Shown: positions 13,376 to 26,770 of the stretch, in pieces
Layout: each line of letters opens with the position of its first letter
Numbering within the stretch: position 1 is the first letter of the stretch
Assembly: GCF_006345805.1 (NCBI RefSeq)
Contig: NW_021836305.1
Location: 2,778-66,777 of the forward strand
Direction: 5' to 3'
Length of the DNA stretch: 64,000 nucleotides
Source: Octopus sinensis
Lineage: Eukaryota
Translations under genes and position numbers: made by a program
The notes under the pieces: generated by a model
What the model saw: the letters and a program-made list of their open reading frames with translations, nothing else
Database searches by the model: none
Told to the model about the DNA's origin: nothing

Positions 13376-14159
13376 GTAAGTGTGCCTTTTTTTTTACCTA
13401 TCTTTTCTCATTCTTTTTCTTGTTTCTGTCATTTGGCTGTGGCCATCTTGGGCCACCACCTTTGACTGAGGCCTGGCAAACCAGATGGCTGCACCAGACT
13501 CCAATCTGATCTGGCAGAGTTTCTACAGCTGAATGTCCTCCCTAGCGCCAACCACTCTGAGAGTGTAGTGGGTGCTTTTACGTGCCACCGGCATGAGGGC
13601 CAGTCAGGCGGTACTGGCAACGGCCACGCTCAAATGGTGCTTCTTATGTGCCACCTGCACAGGAGCCAGTCCAGTGGCACTGGCAACGACCTTGCTTAAG
13701 TATAATACATAGATGGCTATTTTTACTAAATACTGCCTCAATTATATATACCGGTTTTTTAATCACCGTGAGATCTTAGAATGCTGAACCTTACAAAGGA
13801 GGTGACAGAGGACTGGGATATGTGGTGCATTTCTATACTCGAGAAGATACACCCACCACAGCAGAAATGAGATACTAAAACCAATGTATCAGCATTGGTG
13901 TGGATGCTGGTGACACGTAAAAAACACCCTATACACTCTGTGTTAGTAGGCTTACAAAGAATAAGCTCTGGGGTCGATTTGCTCGACTATAAAGGCGGTA
14001 CTCCGGCATGGCCGCAGTCAGCTGACTGAAACAAGTAAAAGTGTAAAGAGAGTATTACTTAATCTGTGTGTGTGTGTGTGTGTGTTGTGTGTGTGTGTGT
14101 AATATATATACAAGTGTACATCTATACTCATCCTATGTACTTATTTTTCTATATTTCAG

Positions 14160-14248
14160 AAGCCTTTACTGAATTTATTCAAAAGTTTGCGTGTGTTGCT
14201 CCATCAAAATATAAGCCACCTGACCATTCCAAAGACAACAAGCTTTAA
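14160..14248 (+). CDS. SLC7A9: SLC7A9-like transporter terminal coding exon (EAFTEFIQKFACVAPSKYKPPDHSKDNKL*)
   Basis: atttcag acceptor, phase 1 matches previous exon, LAT-family T..Q...V.P C-terminal pattern, TAA stop. Confidence 0.85.
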
Positions 14249-14404
14249 GCATCAAAATTGGTAAAAACAAATATTCTGCCATTTGGAATTAAATTTTAAT
14301 TCCATGAAAGTTTCAGGAAGAAAAAAAGGGAAAAAGAAAAAGCAAATACTCAACAATATGAAAATGAAATGAATTTCTCTGGATAACTCTGTGTGTGTGT
14401 GTGT

Positions 14405-14437
<33 letters not shown>

Positions 14438-15669
14438 TGAGTGTTTGTGTGTGTGTGCGTGTGTTTAATCTTTTTACTGGAATTTTCTTGGAGATATTAT
14501 ATACTGAACCAAATCTCAACGTTGGACTCTTTAGCCTGAGTGTAAAATGTTGAGCAGCTATGGTTTATTTTCAACTGAAAAGTGGAGGCAAAAAATGAGG
14601 CAAAAAAGCCTAAACATAACGATATACTTGTTCTGCAGTAAAATTGAATGAACAATATTTTTCAGTGAAAGAATCTTCTGAACAACTTGAAACATGGCAT
14701 AATTTCATTAACTAATATTAACACTTCACCCTATCATCTATACTCATACATTTTTCCTTGCTCGAATATCAACTCACTGGGATTTCATTCTCAGCACATG
14801 AACTTACAATTGTACGAATGATAAGAGCATTCATATTGAGTTCACTGGTCATTGAGGGCTTGCAAAGCTTATAAAGCCAAACACTTTCTTCTGACAAAAA
14901 CAGTGAAAAGAAAACAAACTTATTTTGCTCATAAAAAAAAAGGAAAGACACCAGATCAAATCTTCACCAATTCTTTTCTTACCATATTTCTATTGAAATA
15001 TATTGTCTTTGGTTTGGTTATTTTTGAAAATATTGAAAACTTTTAACCAAAATAACTTTTTTAATTTTGTTGTATCTTGGAAGAGTTGTTATGCCAATCA
15101 TAATAACACATACACTGGGTCAATTCCACTTCTTTCTTGTTAGTCATTTTGTTGAATATGTAACCATCTAACTAATCAAGCTTTTGTTTAATGTGCTCGT
15201 CAAACAATTGATTGGCTGTTTGTTAGAGTTCTTTCGTTGCTGGTCACCACCTTTTCAGTGACTTGGTGATTTCCTCTCTCACTCTGAGGTCTGTAAGGTC
15301 TGCCCTTGTTATTATTATTGCTATTATTATTGGTGTAACCACTCTCCCAACACACAACAAAATTTGTTTCAACACACAAATTCACATCAAGAATCTTGCA
15401 AAACAAATACAACTTCGTCATTATTGTTTTGGTTGAAGCAAAAGCTAACATGGAATCTTGATGGAAGATTTTAATTTAGTTCACTTTAGTACAGAAAGAT
15501 TGTGTCATAAAATCAGGGGTGATCTCAGATATGTCGTTATCCAAAGGATTAATTTAATTAAAACCTTAATTTTTTTTAAATTGAAAAAAAAATGTTTTTT
15601 AAATTTTTAAATATTATTATTATTATTATTATTACTAGTATTGTTATACATACATACATACAAGCATAC

Positions 15670-15709
<40 letters not shown>

Positions 15710-16908
15710 GTGGATGTAAACACATGAACAAAAGAATAAACAAAAGCAAATTACACAAACTTATATAAACAGAAGATACAAATATTACAGGCACTCCCCC
15801 CACACACACACTAACTAAACATAGACGCACATAGAGATATACGCATGCGCAAAGGAAGACACATACAATAGAAATACAAAATGGCTGACGGTTAGTAAGG
15901 AGAGACACACAAATAAGAAAGAAGAAAGCAAAGGACCACTGATGCTGTCACAGGAATGTGACGAAAGAACTCTGGCCGAAATAAGATTAAGTTTAATGTA
16001 AAAAATAAATAACACTGAAGCAAAGTAACACCAAATATATAGTGCGTGTGTTTTTATTGGCTAAACTGGCAAAATGAACATTCCGAAATACAACAACAAC
16101 TTCATTATAAAGTTGAGCAAAAAAATTTTGATGAACGAAATTAAATATTGATTGATTTTTTAAAATCCAAATTGTGACCTACCCTCATTGAAGAACTTAT
16201 CAGACAATAGATTTGTTGATGGTTTTAAGTGATGAAAGCGACACAGTAACTACTTAAAATAAAATGTCTTTCTGGATTATTTTTTTTTCCTGCTACTTTC
16301 CAGTAAAAGAAAAACGAATCCTGCAAGGAATACACTAAATATCATTTACTAACATGTCTAATATGACCGGATTAAAAGGAAAAATTATTTTATGAATACA
16401 CATACATCAAATGTCTGATAAATGCTATGTCTAACTAATTAGTATTTTTACCTGAAAAAGTGTTTTCACATTTTGGACAAACATCTTTTAAAAAACAATT
16501 TTTACAAAAAAAAAAGCAATAAAAAAAAAGATGAGAAAATTCTTCAAATATTGACTTTTAAAATTATCAGTGCAATTTTTGTCTTTTGGAGTCTAAAAGG
16601 CATTTCATAAACAATATTCTGCAAGTGGGAAATGTGACATTTCCATACTTGCCATCTCTGAAGAGCACAAGTATTAGATAACCATTCAGTTTGCTAATAT
16701 TCAGTGCAAAACTAATTGATGAAATCGGCCGTAAGGGATCTATAATACTGAATACTTTGATTAATATATAATTGTTGATACATTGTAAGCTTCTCACAGA
16801 GTGTTATGTTGTTGTTCCTTTATCATGCAATAAATACACGATTACAATAACTAACACAAATCTAAACAACAACAACAAACATATTTTTTTGTAATAAATC
16901 ATTATATT

Positions 16909-17122
16909 AAGGCGGTGAGCTAGCAGAAACGTTAGCATGCCGGGCGAAATGCTTAGCAGTATTTCATCTGTCTTTACGTTCTGAGTTCAAATTCTGCCAA
17001 GGTCGACTTTGCCTTTCATCCTTTTGGGGTCAATAAATTAAGTACCAGCTGCGTACTGAGGTTAATCTAATCAACTGGCCCCCTCCAACAAAATTTCGGG
17101 CTTTGTGCCTTGAGTAGAAAAG
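16909..17122 (+). mobile_element. Full-length tRNA-derived SINE (family A) with 16-bp TSD
   Basis: TSD aataaatcattatatt at 16893-16908 and 17123-17138. Confidence 0.92.
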
Positions 17123-17559
17123 AATAAATCATTATATTTGTAAAAGAAATTTTATTTTATATAATATCTTTATTGAAGTTTAGTATCAAAATATTTCATT
17201 CATTTTTTATTTGTTTCAGTAATTTGACTGTGGCCATGCTGGGGCAGTACCTTTTCAGTTTAACAGACTGGCCCCAGTACTTATGTATGTTTTTCTTTTT
17301 TAGCCTGGTACTTATTCTACAAGTCTTTTCTACCAAGCCCCTAAGGTATGAGGATGTAAACAAACCAACGTAGCTTATCAAGCACCCACACATACCAGAA
17401 TGGCAAATAGATATTAAATGATGATGACAATGAATTCCAGTTTGGTTCTAAGCTTGGAATTTACTTTATAAAGTGATGGATTGCTTCATTGATGATATAT
17501 TTAAAAATCCGTTCCTATCCCTAAAATTTATATAAACATTAACAAGGAGAATGGAGTGA

Positions 17560-18180
17560 GTAACTTGTTTGACTTCATGATTGAAGAATTGTTTCATCGA
17601 TACTCAAACTTCTGGTAGAGCATTGAGGGATCCAAGTTGCTCGCTCTGTTCTCCATGTTGACAGGCTTCCATAGAATTTCTGTGTACCAAGTTCACTCGC
17701 ATAAACGGAGAAATTCCAACATATATTCTGAAACAATCCTATTTCTCCATCAGATGACAACACACGTGCTCTGGTCTTCTCGTAGGTCTTTGCAAAGGCA
17801 AGAAATAGTTCTTCTGGATTGTCACATGCTCAAGAGAATCTTCAACATTTTGTAACGATGAATGCTATCAAATGCTTCCCTGAAATCCATGAAGCTTATA
17901 ATGACAGGTAGCTGTTTCGATTCAACTCCTATGATACACATCAGGGCTAACATCTGAGATGTTGTGGTCTAAATCCATTTTGATTTGGTCTCAGATGGTT
18001 ATCAAGTGCCTGGTGAGGATCATCCGGTTGATGACTTTGGGCAAGATGTTGGACAGTGAAATTCCTATGTACTTAGTTTCATTGTTGAGGTTTCCTGACT
18101 TTGGGATTAGTATCAAGTTAATATCGGATCAGTTTTCAATGCCTCACTGAAATAACAAAGTTTACAATGGCAAGCATTGC
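17560..18180 (-). mobile_element. Degenerate LINE reverse transcriptase relic (RTE-group)
   Basis: Minus strand encodes GISL..I..KVINRMILTR and DFREAFDSIHRYKMLKIL-like RT motifs with frameshifts. Confidence 0.6.
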
Positions 18181-18425
18181 TCAGTCATACGTTGGAAGAA
18201 GGAATTTGAACTGGAGACAATAAACTTTTCTTTTATTAATCTCTTTATCTGTCTTTATACACACACACACACACTCCCAGTTACATTTTTAGGAGTGCTC
18301 CGTTGTTTTTGTTTGTCTGTCATTCCAGCTTGTCAGCCCTTGCTCAAACCATCCAACCCATGCCAGCATGGACAATGGACGTTAAACAATGATACCGACG
18401 ATGATTATTTATATATATATATGTA

Positions 18426-19575
18426 CAGAGGTTAGACAAAATAATAGAAGCACCTTAAAATTTCAAACAAATTTATTTTAATATGGGATAGGACCACCTT
18501 TAGGTGTAATCACAGCTTGAATTCTTCAAGGTATGGACTCGTACAAAGTTTGAATTGTTTCCAAAGCAATTTTTGTCCATTCTTCAGCTAAAACAGCCTC
18601 CAGTTCTTGTAGTGGTGATAGTGGAGGATATTAACTCCTTACTTGTTTTTCTAAAATGCACCATAAATGTTCAATAATAATGAGATCTGGGGACTGTGGT
18701 GGCCAAATAAGGTGTTCAACTTCACCAGAATGTTCCTCGTGCCATTCAGTAACAACTTCAGCGGTGTGAATTTGTGCATTATCATCCTGAAAGATTGCGT
18801 TTCCCTCCGGAAACAGTTCCACAACCATAGGATGAATTTGATCAGATAAAATGCTTAAATAGTCTCGACTATTAATTCTGCTATGAAGGAAAACCATTGG
18901 GCAGACGGATTTCCAAGATATAGCCCCACACCCCAATCATCACAAATCCCCCTCCATGTTTAACAGTCTGGGTCAAATGCTTCTTTTGGCTGTCTCCACA
19001 CGTATACTCGGCCGGTGGTCAGAAATAAGGTAATATCATTCTTCCACTGCTCTAGAGACCAATTCTTTAGGTTTTACTCCACTCTAAATGCTTTGCGACG
19101 TTCGTTTTTGAAAGTAGTGGTTTTCTGATTGCAGCCCTCCAGTGAAACCTGGCTTTGTGTAGTTCCCAGCAAACAGTTTTTGTGGAAACTGGGTTCTCGA
19201 GGTGGTCATTAATCCCTGCAGTAATTTTGGGAGCTGTAGTCTTGTGAGCCTTTCTAACAAGTTGCGTAAGAGTCCGACAGTCCCTATCTGAAAGTTTTGG
19301 TTTTCTTCCGGAATTTTGTTTCAACGAGGAGGTTTTTCCCACTTTCTCAAAGGCTGTCATTACTTTCGAGACAGTACTTCTTGATGCATCAAACATTTCA
19401 GGTGTTTTCATAACGCTAGTGCTTGCCATACGAGCACCAACAATTTAACCTCGTTGAAAGTCCGATAGATCTGTCATTTTAATGAATTTTAATTACCTTT
19501 TTCTGATGATATCTGAAAAGAAACACCAATTTTAGCAAAACATATTAAGCAACACTAATAATAAATAAAAAAACA
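18426..19575 (-). mobile_element. Tc1-family transposon, degenerate
   Basis: TA+cagaggttagacaaaataat terminus; ORFs 19067-19429 (SGRKPKLS, AAIRKPLL) and 18631-18936 (IFQDDNA, WPPQSPDL..IEHLW). Confidence 0.9.
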
Positions 19576-19954
19576 TCCCCGCCAACAATACATAGAAAAA
19601 CAGTACCAGAACAAGTGCTTGTGTTGCAAATACCAAGAACTTTATTGCCATCAAGGAGATGGCAATGCCCAAAATGTCTGAAGGGATTCTGTGCAGTGAA
19701 CCCAGCATAAACAATGGGTAAACTACAAGAGTTGAAGTGAGATCACAAGTAGGCTGAGAGAGAAGACAGACTTTGTATGCAGCAGAATGTGTAATGCCAG
19801 TATGTATGAGTAACAGAACATGTGCTGAGGGAAAGAATTAGGTACGAAAGTAATTTGATGTGATGTGGTGGAGAGATTATATAATGAACTCATTGTATAC
19901 GGTGCTCTGGTGCACAACTCATGAGAAACAGTACCGAAAACTGCAGGAACAGTA

Positions 19955-20458
19955 CCGTAAATCTTCGAGTATAGTCTGCCCTTGAGTATAATACGCAAGA
20001 GATTTTTAGGGGGCTGTGCTTCTGAAAAACCTAAACCTTGTGTATAATACACACCTCTTCTCTAATCTGAGTCACGCATAATTAAGCCAGCAGCACCTAG
20101 TCGAACAAACACTTCCGTGCATGCGTAATACAATAATGGTGGTGTTCTTAACTGTTATATGGGAATGTAAATGTTTGCAAATTGTGTTTGTTACATGTTA
20201 TTCTATGTTCTGAATACTTTTATTTTAATAAATGTTGCTTACTGCAAGTTATGGATGATTCTTTTATGACTTCATTGCTTTCAGGCTTAACTTGATGTAT
20301 TTTCGCGTCCGACATCACAAAATGCGTCGGAATAAGCATTGAGGCTCGGACATTGCTGAGAAAATATTTTTCACTTTTAACCTCGTATGTAGTACACACT
20401 GGTGATTTTGACCCTTAAATTTTGGGGGAAAATGCGGATTATACTCGAGGATTTACGG
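19955..20458. mobile_element. Non-autonomous Tc1/mariner-superfamily (pogo-like) element
   Basis: TIRs ccgtaaatcttcgagtata / tatactcgaggatttacgg flanked by TA; a lone end also at about 28790-28832. Confidence 0.8.
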
Positions 20459-21385
20459 TACATAGAATATGCACAGGAAGTGAACAGTGAAAAAGTCTTT
20501 AAAAGAAAAGGGAGGTAAGGGTCATCAGGTGTAGAATACTGAGCTTGTAGAGATATGTGATACATTTAGGGATGATGGATGGGAGTAAATTAGTAGCAAA
20601 AGGATCCAAACAGAAGAAGTACGCAAAACAGAGGAAGACTAAGGAAGACATGGGACGAAATGGAGAAGGATGATCTCAGGAGGTTGAACGTCTGAAGGTC
20701 ATGAAGGAAGTAGAAAAAGTTGCAGCAAGTGGCACGTAATAAACTGTACTTGGCCAACAATAAGGATAGCAGAGGGGTGTAACTAGGTGGGTACAGATAG
20801 GAGATGTACACAACTTACTAGTTCAAGGGTGGCATGAAGTATTGTGGTAGTGGTAGACAAGACAAAGAAAGTATAAGCATGGGAAAATGGACATAAAATA
20901 ATTATATACACACACACATACATACATATATATGAAATAGATATATGCGTGTTTGTGTGTGTGTGTGTGTATATGTATATATATATATATGACATGATAA
21001 GATATATATATATATATATATATAACACCATTTAAGCATGGCCGTTGCCTGTACTGCCTGACTGGCCCTTGTGCCGGTGGCATGTAAAAGCACCCACTAC
21101 ACTCTCGGAGTGGTTGGCGTTAGGAATGGCATCCAGCAGTAGAAACTCTGCCAGATCAAGACTGGAGCCTGGTGCAACCATCTGGTTTGCCAGTCCTCAG
21201 TCAAATCGTCCAACCCATGCTAGCATGGAAAGTGGACATTAAACAATGATGATGATGATAATGATATGTTCATAAATGAGTCCAACCCATGCCAGCATGG
21301 AAAGCGGACATTAAATGATGATGATCAGACAGATATTCTCCCTATAGAATACACTTCATAGTGCTCAAGAGGTTTAAATTTGAGC

Positions 21386-21840
21386 AGTAAATATAAGGGT
21401 AAGCAAGTTAGTCAAGTCAGTATACAAAATATATTAAATACATTTAATACAAAAAAAAAGGTTCATATGTTTACATATAAAAAGGTCCAACTTACACAGA
21501 ACAGAAATGATAGGAATTAAAGGGGTCGAATAAGAGTTTTACAACTCAAACAGCTGTTTCTGGGGGCTTGATGGTCCAAAATAATGATTGTAAATTGATT
21601 CCATCATTGGATAATACCAGCCTCTGTCTTCAGGGAAGAATTTTACATATGAGGTGTTTACAGAAAGGAGATTAAAGAATCTTTATCCAATGATAAAGAA
21701 TCTATCATCTGATGATGGAATCAATTTAATTCCTGATATCATTTTCATTGTGTAAGTTTGAACTTTTTATATATAAACATATGTACATTTTTTATATTAA
21801 ATGTATTTAAGGAGTAACCTGCCTATCTTTACATTTACTC
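21386..21840. repeat. Imperfect inverted repeat, probably Penelope pseudo-LTR derived
   Basis: 21445-21498 is the reverse complement of 21751-21810; inner aaattgattccatca / tgatggaatcaattt; decayed hammerhead cores. Confidence 0.55.
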
Positions 21841-21854
21841 CTTATATACATACA

Positions 21855-21900
<46 letters not shown>

Positions 21901-22960
21901 ACCAAAGCATTCTATAGGGGATTAGTGGAGGGGAGGTACGACGATGAGCTCGGGGCGAACCTGGACATCGACGAGGAATACCTGACCTGCCTGTTCGGGA
22001 TGACTTTCGGGCCAGGGCCCATGGACAACTTTCAGAGATCCCTGGCCTGGCAGTGCTACCGAGAAGCGCTACCCGTTCGGGATAAGCTCTACAGACACGG
22101 CTCGAGAAACACGGGGCCGACCTGCCCGAGATGCGGTCAGAGTGACGAAACCGTTCTGCACGCACTCGTGCTGTGTCCAACAATTTCCGACCTGTGGGCT
22201 TATGTTGAACAACTGCTGTCACGTGTGGGACGAGTCGGTTTATCAGCTGAGTCTATCGTCAATATTGTCACGCCTCCTTCCTTCAAACGGGAAGGAAGAG
22301 CTGTTTTCATCATCCTTGTGGCTATGGCGAAAGAATGTATCTGGTGGACGCATCTGAAAGGATTGGAGACAAACACTTTCTTCTCTGGTCAAACTCTCAT
22401 CAACTTCTTCAAGTACCACTTGAAAAGGAAAGTGAGAGTAGAGAGGCAAGTTTTGTCTAGCGAATGTTTTAAAAAAAGATGGGTGAATGTAGCAAGGATG
22501 GCACGTATGAATGACGAAGCCACCTTGAGCATAATCCTATGAACCCAGAAATTGAAAACAGAGGGTTACCCACTTGCAAACCAATGTGGTAACATATAAC
22601 AATATTGACCAAGGTTACCGTGGTCTTTTTCGTAGGCTTTTCTTCCCACGGATAAACCTTACTTGCTTTCCCCTTTACACCATACATCATGACACTGTGA
22701 TACACGATCCCTATTGATCGTTTTTTTTTCCTCTCCCCCTTTTTTCCTCTTTTTTCTTCTTTTTTCATTTTTCTTTTCTTTTTTTTCCCTTTTTTCTTTT
22801 CCTTTTTTCTTTTTTTCTTTTTTTTTGTTCTTTTTTCCCTTTTACGATCCCTTTTGATCGAAAACCTACGCCACCTTTTTTTTTTTCTCCCCCAAAAGAA
22901 AAGCTCTACCTTGTAACTTGTCCCATCTGTGTGCAGCCCTGTGTGGCCAATAAAGAAACT
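21901..22960 (+). mobile_element. 5'-truncated L1/Tx1-clade LINE (C-terminal zinc finger and 3' UTR)
   Basis: ORF 21925-22542 with CPRC.{7}H.{4}C zf-RVT motif; aataaa at the end; (TATC)n on both sides. Confidence 0.85.
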
Positions 22961-22982
22961 TATCTATCTATCTATCTATCTA

Positions 22983-23020
<38 letters not shown>

Positions 23021-23092
23021 ATTACTTTTTAAAGTTATCTCTACAGTACTGACTTATAAGCCTTTAATATACTTTGATACTTTGCAGTATAT

Positions 23093-24760
23093 TCATCATC
23101 ATCATCATCATCATCATTTAACGTCCGCTTTCCATGCTAGCATGGATTGGACGGTTCAACTGGGATCTGGGAAGCCAGAAGGCTTCACCAGGGCCAGTCT
23201 GATCTGGCAGTGTTTCTATGGCTGGATGCCCTTCCTAACGCCAACCACTCCATGAGTGTAGTTGGTGCTTTTTATGTGCCACTGACACAGGTGCCAGACA
23301 AGGCTGGCAACAGCCATAATCGGATGGTGCTTTTTACGTGCCACCGGCATGGCGGCCAGATTAGGTGGCGCTGGCAACGGTCACGTTCAGATGGTTCTCT
23401 TACGTGCCACCGACACTGGTATCACAACTACAGTTTCCATTGATGTTGATCGATTTCGATTTTCACTTGCCTCAACAGGTCTTCACAAGTAGAGTTTTGT
23501 GTCCCAAGAAGGAAAGGTATGCATAAGTGGACTGGCTACATCCCAGGTAGAGGCCACGGGTTATGGTCTCACTTGTCCTGCCGGGTCTTCTCATGCACAG
23601 CATACTTCCAAAGTTCTCGGTTACTAGTCATTTCCTTGGTGAGACCCAATGTTCGAAGGTCGTGCTTCACCACCTCATCCCAGGTTTTCCTGGGTCTACC
23701 TTTCCACAGGTTCCCTCAACCTCTAGGATGTGGCACTTTTTCCCACAACTATCTTCAGCCATTCTCGTCACATGACCATACCAGCGCAAACGTCTCTTTT
23801 GCACACCACAACTGAGGCTTCTTAGGTTCAACTTTTCTCTCAAGGTACTTACACTCTGTCGAGTATGAACACTGACATTACACATCCATCGGAGCATACT
23901 GGCTTCATTTCTTGTGAGCTTACGCATATCCTCAGCAGTCACGGCTCATGTTTCACTGCCATGTAGCATGGCTGTTCGTACACATGCATCATACAGTCTG
24001 CCTTTTACTCTGAGCGAGAGGCCTTTTGTCACCAGCAGAGGTAAGAGCTTTCTGAACTTTGCCCAGGCTATTCTTACTCTAGCAGTTACACTTTCAGCAA
24101 ACCTGCCCCCGCTACTGACTTGGTCACCTAGGTAACGGAAGCTATCAAGTATTTCTAGTTTTTCTCCCTGGAATGTGGTGGAAGTTGGTCTCTGTGCATT
24201 TTCAGTGTTTATTGCTCCTGAGCATCTGCCACATACAAAAACTATCTTCCCAGTTAGCCTTCCTTTGACATTGCTGTACCTCTTATGTGTCCATAGCTTA
24301 CACTTTGTGTATCTTATAGAGTTTCTACCTACGCCTTTTCTACAGATTGAGCAGGGCATCAACCTGAAGGTGTTTGTGATTTGTCTACCTTCCTACTTAT
24401 TAGGACTTTGGTTTTAGTTAGGTTGACTCTAAGGCCCTTCGATTCTAATACTTGCTTCTACACCTGAAACTTCTCCTCCAGCAATTAGAGCAAGGTCATC
24501 AGCATAGAGGAGCTCCCAGGGGCATCCTGTCTTGAATTCCTCCGTTATTGCCTGGAGGACTATGATAAATAGGGGGATTGAGGACTGAACCTTGGTGGAC
24601 CCCTACCTCTACCTAGAATTCTTCACTGTACTCGTTGCCAACCCTCACCTTACTAACAGCGTCCCTGTACATGGCTTGCACAGCTCTCATTAACCATTCA
24701 TCTATCCCTAGTTTCCTCATTGATCACCAGATAAGGGATCGGGGGACCCTGTCAAAGGCT
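23093..24760 (-). mobile_element. 5'-truncated RTE-clade LINE
   Basis: Minus-strand RT motifs (GVHQGSVL.PLLF, LLYADDL, FRYLGD, RRLRWYGHV) and (GAT)n tail. Confidence 0.92.
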
Positions 24761-25419
24761 TCCATCATCATCATCATTGCTTAGCATCTATCTTCAAAAT
24801 ATGTAAATTTTGGAGACTAATGGGTCAATTAGTGTGTTAAGTAAAACACATTCATAGTTTAGTGTCATCCATGGTTGGAGTATGTTTCCACTGGAATTCC
24901 GCAGTGTTAGTTGAGATAATAATAATTAATGAAGGAAAGAGAAGATAGACTTAGCACTAGTCTTTATTCAGTACAACAATCATTTCAACGCATCCTGCAA
25001 CTGTCTATTATAGGTAGAATTTTGTGCATGTAGCTGTGCTGCATCAATCTGCACAGTTTGTGTCACATCAGGTACATACATAAAGAAGCGGGTGTCTCAT
25101 TAGATATACTGAGATGTCCTAGGCATATTGCTCATGCCTGCTGTATTTTGGTTATATATATGAGGTGAAGTCAGAAATTATCAACATATCTTTATTATTG
25201 TGACACTGCCTTCTGCACATGCATGCTTATAGTTGGTCATGTGATCGAAGTTTGAGCCTGATTGTGCCATTTTTCTTTCTGGCTTTACAGTTTAAATGTG
25301 GCCACTCCACTAGCAATGTGCACCAAAGAAGAACAAAAAGCAGTGATCCAATTTCTCTGGAAAAGGAGTGTACGATCAACAGTGGAAGATACAGTGCTTT
25401 GCTGGCTAACAAACTGAAT

Positions 25420-26770
25420 GGAAGCAAGGTCTAGAATCAAAGGGCCTTAGAGTTAGCCTAGAAAAAACCAAAGCCTTAGTAAGTAGGAAGGCAGAAAAAC
25501 CACAAATTCCTTCAAGTAGATGGCCCTGCACAATCTGTAGAAAAGGTGTAGGTAGAAACTCCATAAGATGCACCCATAAAAGGTGAAGTAATATCAGAGG
25601 AAGGTTAACAGGGAAACTAACTTTTGTATGTGGAAGGTGCACAGGTACAATAAATGCCAAAAATGTGTAGAAAATATACTCTGTCAACTGCCAGTGGGGC
25701 AAGCTAGAGGTAGTAGATAGCTTCTGTTATCTAGGTGACCAAGTTAGTAGTGAAAGTGGATGCTCCGAGAGCATAGCCGTGAGAATAAGATTAGGCTGGG
25801 CAAAGTTCAGAGAGCTCTAACCTCTGCTGGAAACAAAGGGCTTCCCTTTCAGAGTGAAAGGCAAATTGTTTGATCTCTGTGTGTGAACTGCTATGCAGCA
25901 TAGCAGTGAAACATGGACTATAACAGCTGTGGGGATGCGTAGGCTTTACTGGATGTGCAATGTCAGTGTGCATGTTCTATAGAGTGTAAGCATCTTGAGA
26001 GAAAATTTAGGCATAAGAAGCATCAGATGTGGTGTGCAAGAGAGATAACTGTGCTGGTATGGTCATGTGATGTGTATGGATGAGAACAGCTGTGAAGAGA
26101 AGTGCTGATCTCTAACTTTGGAGGGAACCTGTGGTAGAGGTAGACCCAGGAAGACATGAGACGAGGTAGTGACACATGATCTTTGAACTTTGAGCTTCAC
26201 AGGTGCAATGAGTAGTGACTGAGACCTTTGGTGATGTGCTGTGCTTGAGAGGACCTGTCAAGCTAAGTGCACCCATGCTGGTGGCATGCAAAGAACATCT
26301 TTTGAATGTTGGGCCTTACAGAAGCAAAGTGGCTGAGTTCCTTTTGAGTGTTGGGCTCACGGAGGCAAGCTAGCTGAGTTCCTTTCGAGTGTTGGGCCTA
26401 ACGGAGGCAAAGTGGCTGAGTTCCTTTTGAGTGTTGGGCCTTAGGGAGGCAATGACTTAGACCTTTGGCATTATGTCATGCTTGAGAAGAAGACCCATCA
26501 AGACGAGCAAAATTACAGTTGTGGAAGATACTGGTGTCACACAAATTGGCACCCGTGTCAGTGGTGCATAAACGCACCCTGGTATCATGCAAATGGAGTG
26601 GTTCGTGTTAGGAAGGGCATCCAGCTATAGAAAACCATCCAGCCGTAAAAGAACCATTCAGCTGTAGAAAACCACATCAGGCTGGAGTCTGGCGTAGCCT
26701 TCCAGCATGCCAGCCCAGTCAGACTGTACAACCCATGCCAGCATGGACAACGGACGTTAAATGATGATGA
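25420..26770 (+). mobile_element. 5'-truncated RTE-clade LINE, degenerate
   Basis: Same family as 23093-24760 in opposite orientation; ~43-bp tandem repeat in the 3' UTR; (GAT)n tail. Confidence 0.88.

Noticed and set aside
16829-16834. AATAAA as poly(A) signal of the SLC7A9-like gene
   Set aside because: Many such hexamers in AT-rich DNA; cannot be assigned without transcript data
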